A DNA stretch of 64,000 nucleotides from Candidatus Latescibacterota bacterium (GCA_965219995.1 CBDCOX010000002.1:928001-992000), one strand, 5' to 3'; shown: positions 20,261-29,498, counted from the stretch's first letter. Numbers and translations: made by a program. The notes: generated from the sequence alone by a model not told the origin.

Positions 20261-21756
20261 CTCCCCTCAATCCCGGATGCGTCGCCGACCTGATCCTCTT
20301 CCGGTGCCGACGCCTCCACCGATGCGTCTTCTTCCGGAATTTCGACGCCCTCATCCTCAACCGGCTCTTCGCCGGCTTCTTCCTCGGCTGCAGCGGCCGC
20401 TTCGGCTTCTTCTTCGGCGAGTCGTGCCGCTTCGGCTTCCTCTTCGGCGAGTCGCGCCGCTTCCTCGGCCCGCTGCCGTTCCAGTTCCTCGCGGTAAGCC
20501 TGGACCTTGACCGATACGACCTCATCAGCCGCGCCCTGGATCTTTGCGCCGGTGGACTCCCCGATTCCGGGCACGTCGAGCAACCGGACGAGCGAGACAT
20601 CCACAAGGTCGTTGGCGGACTGTATTCCCGCAGCTTCGAGACGTTCGAGCATTACTTTGCCCACGCCGGCGACTTCCGTTAACGGAACAAACGTCGCTGC
20701 GCGTTCGTCCTGCAGTTCCTGGAACCGGGTCTCGGTGATAATGTCGACCTTCCATCCGGTCAGTTGGGCGGCAAGTCGGGCGTTCTGCCCCGATTTGCCA
20801 ATGGCGAGCGACAACTGGTCGTCGTCGACGATCGCCGTCATCGTGGTCTTGTTTCGATCGACCACCACGCGTTTGACCGTGGCGGGGCTGAGCGCACGGG
20901 ATAGAAAGATGGCTTCGTCGTCGCTCCAGGGCACGATGTCGATGCGCTCGTTGCTCAATTCCCGAACGACCGCCTGAACCCTGGATCCTTTCATCCCCAC
21001 GCAGGCGCCGACCGGATCGATGCGGGCGTCGTTCGAATACACCGCGATCTTCGCCCGCTCTCCAGGTTCGCGGGCGACGGCCTTGATTTCGATGATGCCC
21101 TCATAGATTTCAGGTACCTCGAACTGAAACAGCTTTACCAGAAACTGCGGGTGCGTTCGGGAAAGGACGACCTGCGGCCCCTTCGACGTGCGAAGGACGT
21201 TAACCAGATAGGCACGAATGGGATCTCCCTGGCGGTAGCGCTCCTTGCGAATCTGCTCCTTGAGCGGAATGACCGCCTCCGTGCGCCCCAGGTTAATCAG
21301 AATATCGCCGTGGCTGATCTGCTGGACGGTGCCGCTGATGATTTCGCCGATTCGACTCTGATAGTCCTCGTAGATTTTCTCGCGCTCTGCCTCCCGAACC
21401 CGCTGGATGAGGATCTGCTTGGTGGACTGAATGGCGTTACGGCCGAAATCGGCAAACCTGAGCAACTCCCTGATTTCCCCGTTGACTTTGACGCCGGGTT
21501 CGATCTCGCGGGCTGCGGTGAGTCCGATCTGCAGGGCGGGATCTTCGACCTCCTCGTCTCCGACGACGGACTTGGTGGCAAAGACCTCGATATTGCCGGA
21601 GTTGACGTCGATATTCACCTCGACGTTGTCCGACGTGCCGAACCGTCTCTTGGTTGCGGAGAGCAGCCCGATTTCCAGGGTTTCGATCACGAGCGCCCTG
21701 TCAACGTTTTTTTCCTGGGCAATCTGGCCCAGCGCCTCAAGGACTTCGTAGTTCAA
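20257..21756 (-). CDS. nusA: Transcription termination/antitermination factor NusA
   Basis: FGRNAIQSTKQ, DPVGACVGMKGSRV, LAIGKSGQNARLA; C-terminal HhH repeats and acidic tail. Confidence 0.97.
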   Translation of the reverse strand: MNYEVLEALGQIAQEKNVDRALVIETLEIGLLSATKRRFGTSDNVEVNIDVNSGNIEVFATKSVVGDEEVEDPALQIGLTAAREIEPGVKVNGEIRELLRFADFGRNAIQSTKQILIQRVREAEREKIYEDYQSRIGEIISGTVQQISHGDILINLGRTEAVIPLKEQIRKERYRQGDPIRAYLVNVLRTSKGPQVVLSRTHPQFLVKLFQFEVPEIYEGIIEIKAVAREPGERAKIAVYSNDARIDPVGACVGMKGSRVQAVVRELSNERIDIVPWSDDEAIFLSRALSPATVKRVVVDRNKTTMTAIVDDDQLSLAIGKSGQNARLAAQLTGWKVDIITETRFQELQDERAATFVPLTEVAGVGKVMLERLEAAGIQSANDLVDVSLVRLLDVPGIGESTGAKIQGAADEVVSVKVQAYREELERQRAEEAARLAEEEAEAARLAEEEAEAAAAAEEEAGEEPVEDEGVEIPEEDASVEASAPEEDQVGDASGIEGR

Positions 21757-21768
21757 AAGAACATCTCC

Positions 21769-22233
21769 TCAGAATTCGAAATGGAGGTTGGCTTTTCTGA
21801 CGTCGGCGACCGGAACGACCTGAATCCGGCCGTCGATCTTGAATACTAGCTCCGCCCCGTCGTATCGCGTGAGGTGACCGACAAGCACGCGCCCGCCTTC
21901 CAGTATGACCTTGACGGCCCGGCCGACGGCTCGCTTGTAGTCACGGTCGGACTTGAGCAGCCGGTCGAGACCGGGCGAAGAAACCTCAAGGACGTAGCGC
22001 CCGCTGATCGGATCGTGAGTATCCAGAACATCCGCGATACCGCGGCTGAGGCGCGCGCATTCATCCACGGTGATGCCGTCTGTTCGATCCACGTCGATGC
22101 GCAGTGTTCTGTTCCGGAGACTGCCCGAAAGTTGCAGATCGACCAGGTCCGCGCCCTGGTACTTCAGATAGGGCACGATCAGCGCTTCGATGGATTCCTG
22201 CAAAGCCGGGTCGTCCATAATCCGAAAATGCAA
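21769..22233 (-). CDS. rimP: Ribosome maturation factor RimP
   Basis: GITVDECARLSR, YVLEVSSPGLDR; directly upstream of nusA. Confidence 0.95.
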   Translation of the reverse strand: MHFRIMDDPALQESIEALIVPYLKYQGADLVDLQLSGSLRNRTLRIDVDRTDGITVDECARLSRGIADVLDTHDPISGRYVLEVSSPGLDRLLKSDRDYKRAVGRAVKVILEGGRVLVGHLTRYDGAELVFKIDGRIQVVPVADVRKANLHFEF

Positions 22234-22251
22234 CTTTAGGTCCAGATATTC

Positions 22252-22322
22252 AAAAGAGCGGGCACCCGCCCACTCTCGCTGTTCAGAAAAATAAATATAT
22301 GGTATTTCACACTATAGCGCAA
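22252..22322 (-). promoter_or_regulatory. Promoter and leader hairpin of the rimP-nusA-infB operon
   Basis: Minus strand TTGCGC-17 bp-TATATT, then AGAGTGGGC-gggt-GCCCGCTCT-TTT hairpin resembling the widely seen rimP leader. Confidence 0.7.
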
Positions 22323-22348
22323 GCATTAATTTCCGGACAGACCCCCTC

Positions 22349-22711
22349 TTATCGCCGTCCTTCGACCAGGTTCCTGAGTTGCCCGAGCATTTCACGCAAC
22401 TCGTCCACGATCTCTTCGAGCTCCCTCGGCGGACTCGACGCGGCCGCGGGCTTGCCGACCGCCGAATCTCTCCACAAAGAGGGGTCTTCCCTGAGCCGCT
22501 CGCGGGCGCCTTTCAGCGTGTACTTTTCATCCTGTCTCAGATGTTTGATGGCCAGTACGACTCTGAGGTCGCGCTCCCGGTATAACCGGTTTCCGGAACG
22601 TCCCCGCCGGGGCCGGAGCATGGGAAATTCCTTCTCCCAATAGCGCAGAACCTGCGCTTCGATACCGGTTTCTTCAGCCACTTCACGGATGGAATAGTAG
22701 ATCTTCTTCAT
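22349..22711 (-). CDS. MerR-family HTH protein (MlrA-like subgroup; ZapT-like)
   Basis: YYSIREVAEETGIEAQVLRYWEKEFPMLRPRRGRSGNRLY...YTLKGARERL; short helical C-terminus with no ligand-binding domain. Confidence 0.85.
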   Translation of the reverse strand: MKKIYYSIREVAEETGIEAQVLRYWEKEFPMLRPRRGRSGNRLYRERDLRVVLAIKHLRQDEKYTLKGARERLREDPSLWRDSAVGKPAAASSPPRELEEIVDELREMLGQLRNLVEGRR

Positions 22712-22717
22712 TGTATA

Positions 22718-24037
22718 TCATCGCTTTTTCTTGAATAAGATACGTACCGGAGTTCCCTTCAGATCGAAACGTTCCCGCAAGCGGCGTTCGAGATAACGCC
22801 GGTAGTGTTCCGGTACGTCCCCCGGTCTGGTGGTAAAGAAAATCACCGTGGGCGGTTCGACAACGGGTTGAACGCAATAGTACATCTTCGACGCCCGACC
22901 CCTGCGGGTGGGCGGCGGATGGGTGGCGTTGACTTCCTCGAGAAACCGGTTCAGGGCGGAAGTGGCAATGCGCAGACGCCGTTTGTCGTATATCTCGAGC
23001 GCGGTCTCCAGAATCTTCCAGGCGCGCTGGCCGGATAGCGCGGAAACGAAAAAGACCGGAAAGTCTCTCAGCGAGGGAAACCGGCCGATTATATCCCGTG
23101 CATACACGATCGCCGTCTTGTCGTCTTTGTCGATCAGATCCCACTTGTTCATCGCCAGCAGCGCGCCCTTGCCCATTTCGGCCGCGTCGCCGAGTATCTT
23201 CACATCCTGAAGCGTGATCCCTTCTTCCGCATCGGCAATGACGACGGCGACGTCGCACCGCTCCAGGCTCGTCCTGGTGCGAACCGTGCTGTAATACTCG
23301 ACCTGCTCTTTCACCTTCGTGCGCCTCCGAAGTCCCGCGGTATCGATCAGCAGGAAATCGCGGCCGTTTCGCTTCATCGGCAGATCGATCGCATCGCGTG
23401 TCGTGCCGGGAATCGGGCTGACCACCATCCGATCTTCACCGGCCAGCCGATTGATGAAGGTGGACTTGCCCACGTTGGGTCGGCCGACCACCGCAATGCG
23501 CGGCACGCCTGCGTCTTCTTCAGGATCAGGTTCGGTTTCCGGAATGAGCGCGACCACCTCGTCCAGGAGGTCTCCCGACTTGCGCCCGCTCAGCGCCGAT
23601 ACGGGCACGGGCTCGCCAAGGGCCAGACCGTAGAAGCCGGTAACGTCCGGTTCATCGCGTTCCGAATCCACTTTGTTCACAACCGGCAGGCAGGGTGTCC
23701 CGTTCACCCGTACCAGGCGGGCGATGGCGGCATCATCGTCCGTGGGGCCTGTCCTCGCGTCCATGACCAGAATGATCACATCCGCTTCGGCCACGGCCAC
23801 CTCCACCTGATCCCCCACGGACTGCGCAATTCCCGCGTCAGGATTGATCGTATAGCCTCCGGTATCCACCAGCGTGAAAACCCGGCGGTTCCAGGCGACC
23901 TCCGCATAGTTTCGGTCTCGTGTCACCCCGGGAAAGTCGTCGACCACGGCCCGCCGGTGGCCCAGAAACCGATTGAAGAGTGTGGACTTCCCCACGTTGG
24001 GTCGTCCAACGATCGCAACAACACGTCGCTTCGGCAA
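22718..24037 (-). CDS. der: Ribosome biogenesis GTPase Der
   Basis: Two GRPNVGKST GTPase domains, DTAGLRRR, KH-like C-terminus. Confidence 0.97.
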   Translation of the reverse strand: MPKRRVVAIVGRPNVGKSTLFNRFLGHRRAVVDDFPGVTRDRNYAEVAWNRRVFTLVDTGGYTINPDAGIAQSVGDQVEVAVAEADVIILVMDARTGPTDDDAAIARLVRVNGTPCLPVVNKVDSERDEPDVTGFYGLALGEPVPVSALSGRKSGDLLDEVVALIPETEPDPEEDAGVPRIAVVGRPNVGKSTFINRLAGEDRMVVSPIPGTTRDAIDLPMKRNGRDFLLIDTAGLRRRTKVKEQVEYYSTVRTRTSLERCDVAVVIADAEEGITLQDVKILGDAAEMGKGALLAMNKWDLIDKDDKTAIVYARDIIGRFPSLRDFPVFFVSALSGQRAWKILETALEIYDKRRLRIATSALNRFLEEVNATHPPPTRRGRASKMYYCVQPVVEPPTVIFFTTRPGDVPEHYRRYLERRLRERFDLKGTPVRILFKKKR

Positions 24038-24062
24038 GTGGGCAACTCCGGTGCGTGCCGCG

Positions 24063-25478
24063 TCAGGCCACCTGATGCGGCAGAATGTACGGATGCGGCG
24101 AACCCGTCAGGTCGTCGTCGGATCCCGCGGGGACATCCCCCCGCGCGGCCTGCGCCGCCGTGTCCGCGAGATCGTAGGTGCCGACCAGGACCCTGCGTTT
24201 CAGGGCGCTTTGCAGGTCGGCGGGGGTCAGGTCGTCGAGAAACAGTCCGTGATGGCTCACACAGTTGGGAGGCAGGATCACCAGATCGGTTTCACGCCAC
24301 CGGGACTTCAGCGCGTCCAGCATGTCCTGGCCGGTCAACAGTCCTGATACCGTAATGCCCTCACCCAGAAAGCGGTTCTTCACCTCCACGACGCGCACCG
24401 ACATCCATGGGATGCGGTTCAGGCGCTTCGCCATCGGCCGGATGAACCCCGCGCCCAGAACACTTGTGACCAGCGTTATCGAGATCCGTCCGGACTTCAG
24501 CGATTCCAGCGCGGGCATTCCCGCCTCGAAGCGGTCGGTGAAACGCCGCACCATTCCCACGCCGTTCTCTACGAGCGGAAAGCCGTCGTAGTGTGCGGCT
24601 TCCGGGACCCCCCGGCCCGCCATCAGATAGAATTCGTCTCCGAAATAGACGAAATTGACGCCAAACTTCCGGTGGAACTGCCGCTGCCACGCCGACGCCT
24701 GATCCAGGCACTCCACGGCGACTTCCGGCGTTACCGGGTCCAGGCGGGGCAGGTTCTGACGGTATCGGGTCAGCCCAAGCGGAACGATGCCGACGGATTC
24801 CACGGCCGGGTACCATCGCGCCAGGTCGTAAACCGTGCGTTTGAGGTGCTGACCGTCGTTCAGTCCCGGGCACAGAACGACCTGCGCGTGCATCCGGATG
24901 CCGTGACTCGCCAGGAAATCGATACGCTCCATCACGTCCACCGGCTCCGTCCGTCCCAGAAGCGTCGCCCTGAGGTCCGGATCGGTCGCATGGACGGAGA
25001 TGTACATGGGGCTTAGACGCTGTTCGACGATCCTGCGAAATTCCTCTTCCGAAAGGTTCGTGAGGGTGACGTACGCGCCATGGAGGAACGAGAGCCGGTA
25101 GTCGTCGTCCTGGTAGTAGAGAGTCTTGCGCATCCTCTTGGGCATCTGGTGGAGAAAACAGAATACACATTTGTTATTGCACTTGATGATGGGCATCTCC
25201 GACAATGTCACGCCCAGGTCGTCGTCCGGCTCCTTTTCGACGTCCACCACAACGACGTCATCCCCCCGCCGGAGGACCACCTCCACCGTCTCTTCCGCGA
25301 CGTGGAAGCGGTAGTCGATCGGATCGCGTACGGGTTCGCCGTTGATGGATTCGATGACGTCTCCGGGCCGGATGCCAACGGCCTCTCCAATCCCTCCGGA
25401 GGCGACCGACTCAACACCGAGACCTGCGATTGCTTCGTCGACCTGAGGCCGACCCTCCACCTGACCTGATTTCTTCAT
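24063..25478 (-). CDS. PDZ + radical SAM DUF512 family protein
   Basis: N-terminal PDZ-like GIRPGDVIESING; CNNKCVFC (CxxxCxxC); DDDYRLSFLHG; ENGVG. Confidence 0.9.
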   Translation of the reverse strand: MKKSGQVEGRPQVDEAIAGLGVESVASGGIGEAVGIRPGDVIESINGEPVRDPIDYRFHVAEETVEVVLRRGDDVVVVDVEKEPDDDLGVTLSEMPIIKCNNKCVFCFLHQMPKRMRKTLYYQDDDYRLSFLHGAYVTLTNLSEEEFRRIVEQRLSPMYISVHATDPDLRATLLGRTEPVDVMERIDFLASHGIRMHAQVVLCPGLNDGQHLKRTVYDLARWYPAVESVGIVPLGLTRYRQNLPRLDPVTPEVAVECLDQASAWQRQFHRKFGVNFVYFGDEFYLMAGRGVPEAAHYDGFPLVENGVGMVRRFTDRFEAGMPALESLKSGRISITLVTSVLGAGFIRPMAKRLNRIPWMSVRVVEVKNRFLGEGITVSGLLTGQDMLDALKSRWRETDLVILPPNCVSHHGLFLDDLTPADLQSALKRRVLVGTYDLADTAAQAARGDVPAGSDDDLTGSPHPYILPHQVA

Positions 25479-25671
25479 TTGACTTTATATGTAATTGTTA
25501 GAGAATAAAGTGCGTAATATACTTAACCCATCACTTTGAAGTTAAGACAATTGGCGAAAACGTCAAGAAAAATGTGGCGATCCTCCAGCGCGGTCCGATC
25601 CCACGGGCATCGACGGACACGGGTCGCTATCATGAAATTCTTCGTTCGCCCGTAAGAACCCGACCCCGCCT

Positions 25672-26214
25672 TCAACGATCCGGAATGGACAACAGCCCGG
25701 GCCTGGCGGCGCCGACCTCGTTCTGGATTTCAGGGTCGAGGTCGATGGCGCGATGGAGGGTCTTCGCGCGAACCAGCTGGCGGGCCGTCAGTCCCTCGGC
25801 TCCCGTAAACGTGGTACTGCGCAAGTCCGTGTTGCAAAACACGGCGTCTTCGAGATCCGCCTCCTTAAGCGAGCCCTCGCTGAGATCGCAGTCGGTGAAA
25901 TCGGCGCCGGCAAGGACCGCCCCATAGAGATTCACGCAGTTCAGATTCGCCCGGCGGAAGGTGGCATTCCGCAGATAGGCGTCGCTCAGGTCCGTATGGT
26001 CCAGTACGGTGCGGTCGAAGTTGGCACGGACGAGCGTGGCCGAACTGAGATTCTCGTAACTCAGGTCCATGCCGCTGAAATCCACGCCGCTGAGTTCTTC
26101 GTAGCTGAAATCGGCGCCGGACAGATCGGGCGTGAGGCCGGGATTGTCGGCCCGCCAGCCGTTCCACGTTTGGACGCTTTTCCGGATGAGGTTCAGATGA
26201 TTCGGATCGGCCAT
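25672..26214 (-). CDS. Pentapeptide repeat protein
   Basis: MADPNHL...WNGWR start followed by A(D/N)(L/F)xx repeats. Confidence 0.92.
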   Translation of the reverse strand: MADPNHLNLIRKSVQTWNGWRADNPGLTPDLSGADFSYEELSGVDFSGMDLSYENLSSATLVRANFDRTVLDHTDLSDAYLRNATFRRANLNCVNLYGAVLAGADFTDCDLSEGSLKEADLEDAVFCNTDLRSTTFTGAEGLTARQLVRAKTLHRAIDLDPEIQNEVGAARPGLLSIPDR

Positions 26215-26247
26215 TCAAGTACCTGCCATAGCGCGTCTTCCCGGCGT

Positions 26248-27156
26248 TCACGTTGTGAGCGTGTTGACGAAATGGCTCACAAAGCGCTCCGAATCCACGC
26301 GCACGCATACCTCGGCGTTGGACTCGATCGCATCCGAACGGATCGGAACCGTTGCGCCGTTGAGCCGATCGGAACGCGTTTCGACATGGATGGCGCGGGA
26401 CCGCGTTTCGCAGATCCCGGGATCGAAAACCATTGCCACGGCCAGCGGATCGTGCAGAATGGGATGCTCCCTTCCGGAATCCTCGCGCCACAATTGGATA
26501 AGATCGAAGCAGAGGCGGTTGATGGTCCTGTCCACCAATCCGATCGCTTCTACCTGTGCGGCGCTAAGGCGGCATTTTTCGGTGACGTCGAGGCCCACCA
26601 TGGTGATCGGCACACCGGCGCCAAAAACGACGTGAGCGGCTTCGGGGTCGCAGAAGATGTTCCACTCCGCCCTCAACCGACCCACGCATCCTCCCATCAG
26701 GCAAATTGTCGTCTTCTCCGCAAGGCGAGGCTCCAGGGTGAAGGCGGCGGCGATATTCGTCAGCGGGCCTATCGGTACGAGCGTAATGTCGCCATCGCCG
26801 CTCATAATCGTATCGACAATGAAGTCCACGGCACGGCCCGCCGCGGGCCCGGCGGTTCCGGGGTACCGCCGAATGGCCTCCATCTGACGCGGCCGATGCG
26901 ACTCTATTGCCGCCCGGCCTTTGGCGTGCGAATCGAACAGCGGCTTCCCGGTACCCGCGAACACGGGAACGTCTCCCCTGCCGAGCGTGTCCAGGACGCA
27001 GCAAGCCAGCTCGGCCCGACGCGTCGTATCCCGGAAGACGGTGGTGACGCCAACGAGCTCGATCTGCCCGCAAAGCAACGCAAACGTCAGCGCGAGCGCG
27101 TCGTCAACGTCGTCTCCGATATCCGTATCGAGGATGATCTTCTTCATCCGTTTCAC
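26248..27156 (-). CDS. Inosine/uridine-preferring nucleoside hydrolase family protein
   Basis: ILDTDIGDDVDDA, IGPLTNIA, EWNIFCDPEAA, LHDPLAV. Confidence 0.92.
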   Translation of the reverse strand: MKRMKKIILDTDIGDDVDDALALTFALLCGQIELVGVTTVFRDTTRRAELACCVLDTLGRGDVPVFAGTGKPLFDSHAKGRAAIESHRPRQMEAIRRYPGTAGPAAGRAVDFIVDTIMSGDGDITLVPIGPLTNIAAAFTLEPRLAEKTTICLMGGCVGRLRAEWNIFCDPEAAHVVFGAGVPITMVGLDVTEKCRLSAAQVEAIGLVDRTINRLCFDLIQLWREDSGREHPILHDPLAVAMVFDPGICETRSRAIHVETRSDRLNGATVPIRSDAIESNAEVCVRVDSERFVSHFVNTLTT

Positions 27157-27202
27157 TCTCCTTCAAGTCGTGCTGCTGGATCCGACAGCGCCCAACCTGC
27201 TA

Positions 27203-27233
27203 AAACGTGGTCATTGAGCTTGTCGAAATGCCC
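27203..27233. repeat. REP-like half element of the TGAGCTTGTCGAA family
   Basis: AAACGTGGTCATTGAGCTTGTCGAAATGCCC is nearly identical to 44219-44249. Confidence 0.65.
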
Positions 27234-27307
27234 GTGCGGCGGTATCCCTTCATTATCTCGTCTTTCCCCTGTGAGATCCCCATGATCATCCGCGCCCAAG
27301 TGCATTT

Positions 27308-27332
27308 GTAGGGGCGACCCTTGTGGTCGCCC
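27308..27332. repeat. GTAG-type REP palindrome
   Basis: GTAG-GGGCGACC-cttgt-GGTCGCCC; a related copy lies at 36377-36401. Confidence 0.75.
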
Positions 27333-27359
27333 TGGTTGTGACAGAATGCCCGCGTTTCG

Positions 27360-28076
27360 CTATCCCTTCGCCCTCCCATTGGCGCCGGCGACTATTCGCG
27401 ACGGATCCCCTATCAGGTCAACTGGATTATCCGCGTCCACCGGCCGCGCGCCGATTTCAAACAGGTGTGCATTGTCCGTCGACGCCAGTGCGAACACCGG
27501 TTTCCCGTCTCTGATCGCCTCGCGGCACAGCGCCTCGATCTTTCCGCCTGCTTCCGCATGGGCAATCAGAAGGGTATCTGCAAGCGCGGCAACCCGTGCG
27601 TTTCGTTCGGTTGCGGCAGCTACCGTGGGACGATGTACTTGATCATCGAAGAAGGACAGAATCGCGAGGCGGCCGTCATCGAGTGCCGGATTCCATATCT
27701 TTAATATCCGCATCCTGCCAAATCCTCGGGCCGGACAGACGACCAGACGCGCAGGTCCTGGCAACAGGATGTATAGAAGCTCCTTTTCCATAGGAGACTG
27801 AAACCCGCCCACAATCGTCACGTAGGTATCACGTATCGCCCGCGCGAGGTCGTACGTCTTCAGAATCGGATCGCCCGGGCACCGAATCGAACAGAAGAAA
27901 CCGATCAACCGTCCCCGTAGAATCCGTGGATCCCCCAAGAACGCGGCCGGCGCCTCTCCCCCGGCGCTGATGGCTCGCCTCAACGCCGCCGGCATATCCG
28001 GCGCATCTTTGGTGTAGCGTCTGATCTTCGTCTCGGAAAATCCCAATTGCCACCCGGACCGATTGTCTATTGGCAA
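27360..28076 (-). CDS. Short DprA/SMF-like (SLOG fold) protein
   Basis: LGDPRIL..LIGFFCSIRCPG, GGFQSPMEKE, ERNARVAALAD, AHAEAGGK; exact start uncertain (about 28046-28076). Confidence 0.75.
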   Translation of the reverse strand: MPIDNRSGWQLGFSETKIRRYTKDAPDMPAALRRAISAGGEAPAAFLGDPRILRGRLIGFFCSIRCPGDPILKTYDLARAIRDTYVTIVGGFQSPMEKELLYILLPGPARLVVCPARGFGRMRILKIWNPALDDGRLAILSFFDDQVHRPTVAAATERNARVAALADTLLIAHAEAGGKIEALCREAIRDGKPVFALASTDNAHLFEIGARPVDADNPVDLIGDPSRIVAGANGRAKG

Positions 28077-28174
28077 CGAAAGGCCACCAACTCGGTGAAC
28101 TGTCCGTGTCGAAATTCCTATTCGGTAGCGCCAGGCGGTTCATCCCAACGACACGCCATCACTCCCCCGTACTT

Positions 28175-28295
28175 CACACCATTGACCTGGCACCCTGAGC
28201 CGCTTCCTGAGCATGCCGTCCCCTGAGCTTGTCGAAGGGTCGAAGGGTCGGCGAAGGGTCATTGAGGCACCGAAACGCGGGCGCTTCGACAAGCC
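28175..28295. repeat. Nested CCTGAGC...CGAAGGG REP-like element (triple nest) with inverted partner
   Basis: Three CCTGAGC left halves followed by three CGAAGGG right halves, then CTTCGACAAGC; direct-repeat copy at 32816-32913. Confidence 0.8.
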
Positions 28296-28301
28296 AACGG
28301 C

Positions 28302-28347
28302 ACCCTCACCCGGCGCTCCGCGCCACCCTCTCCCATAGGGAGAGGGT
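28302..28347. repeat. CCCTCACCC...CCCTCTCCC-GGGAGAGGG extragenic palindrome
   Basis: ACCCTCTCCC-ata-GGGAGAGGGT perfect hairpin preceded by ACCCTCACCC. Confidence 0.6.
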
Positions 28348-28422
28348 CTGATTGTGGGACAGATGCCGCAGCCCGAAGGCGCGCCGGTGGAAGCTCTTAT
28401 GGCCATCACCTACCGCAAGAAT

Positions 28423-28625
28423 TCAATTACGCAACGGCCGGCCGCAATGCTCCACGGGTACAGATAGCGCATCTTCATGGAGCGGGATGATATATCAGTC
28501 GATCGCCTCCTTTACATTGGCAATCGCTTCCTGTCTCGTAGCCCCTTGCTGACATATCCGATCACGCCGGGGCTTTCAGCCACCCAATAACGGTCTTCTC
28601 CGGGGTACAATACAACCTGTCTCAT
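28423..28625 (-). pseudogene. HicB-family antitoxin pseudogene
   Basis: MRQVVLYPGEDRYWVAESPG..., then a frameshift to GATRQEAIANVKEAID*YIIPLHEDALSVP; HicB signature with a frameshift and an in-frame stop. Confidence 0.8.
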
Positions 28626-28997
28626 GATGTTCCCTCTGAAGAAAAGTCGTTACTCAATCGGTGTCGAAGTGGAAACCAGGAGCCTGGGTGCGAAGTCGTC
28701 CTTATTTTGCGTCATTGACGATTGGATGCCTGAGGTTGCTAATGTGGCGACGATGAGAATCCTGCCACTGGCAATCGTCGCTTTAGGGCTCATCTCTATT
28801 CCACGACGTCGTCATTCAAGTCCTGACTTTCACCAGTTCCGGCATCGGGACATCCGCGTCTGTCGTCCTTGACTGATCCCCGCCGGAGATTCGGCTGCAC
28901 GATTGCCGGTTTACCGTTCCACCGCCGATTGGCGCAACGGATATCGGCAAATCTCACCCACTGCCGTGCGAGAAGGATGAATTGGCCGTCCGCATAC

Positions 28998-29450
28998 TTA
29001 TTCGCTACTTCTGTCGAACTCAAGCCTGCCGGCCTGTTGATAGAGTTCGGCCAATGCCCCTTCGGCCTTTTCGTAGATCTCTTGCAGCTTTCGGTTTTTC
29101 CGGATAAGTGGATGGCTTCCGATGAATTGATAGATGTAGTCCACCGCGACGGACGCACGATCCATGAGCTCGAAGTAATGGCCGTCGTTTATTGACATTT
29201 CCGAATCGTCGGGCAACAGGGTCGATACACCGTCTTTCGGCACTTCTTCAAGTATGGGTAAACGGAACGCCCGAAGGAAATATCCTATGTCTTCTCGCAA
29301 CTCCTCGGGGGATTCCCCCAGCGGTTCGACCGATTCTTCCGTCCATTTCTCTATGCTTCCGTCCTCGCCGTAATAAACCTCGTGGACGTGATACGTCACC
29401 GAGTCGATTTCGGCATGATGTCTTCTGATGACCCTGTAGTTCCACGTCAT
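28998..29450 (-). CDS. Hypothetical protein (MTWNYRV N-terminus)
   Basis: AAAGGAG RBS; coherent 150-aa ORF (WNYRV...HEVYY...G) on the same strand as its island neighbours. Confidence 0.75.
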   Translation of the reverse strand: MTWNYRVIRRHHAEIDSVTYHVHEVYYGEDGSIEKWTEESVEPLGESPEELREDIGYFLRAFRLPILEEVPKDGVSTLLPDDSEMSINDGHYFELMDRASVAVDYIYQFIGSHPLIRKNRKLQEIYEKAEGALAELYQQAGRLEFDRSSE

Positions 29451-29498
29451 CTCTTTTCTCCTTTGACGACTCGGGTGACGAACGGCCGGTCAATCGCT

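Noticed and set aside
28477-28487. 11-bp match (ATGGAGCGGGA) to the tRNA-Gly 3' end as a possible att site
   Set aside because: Short, lies inside the HicB relic's coding sequence, and no integrase is present; chance cannot be excluded
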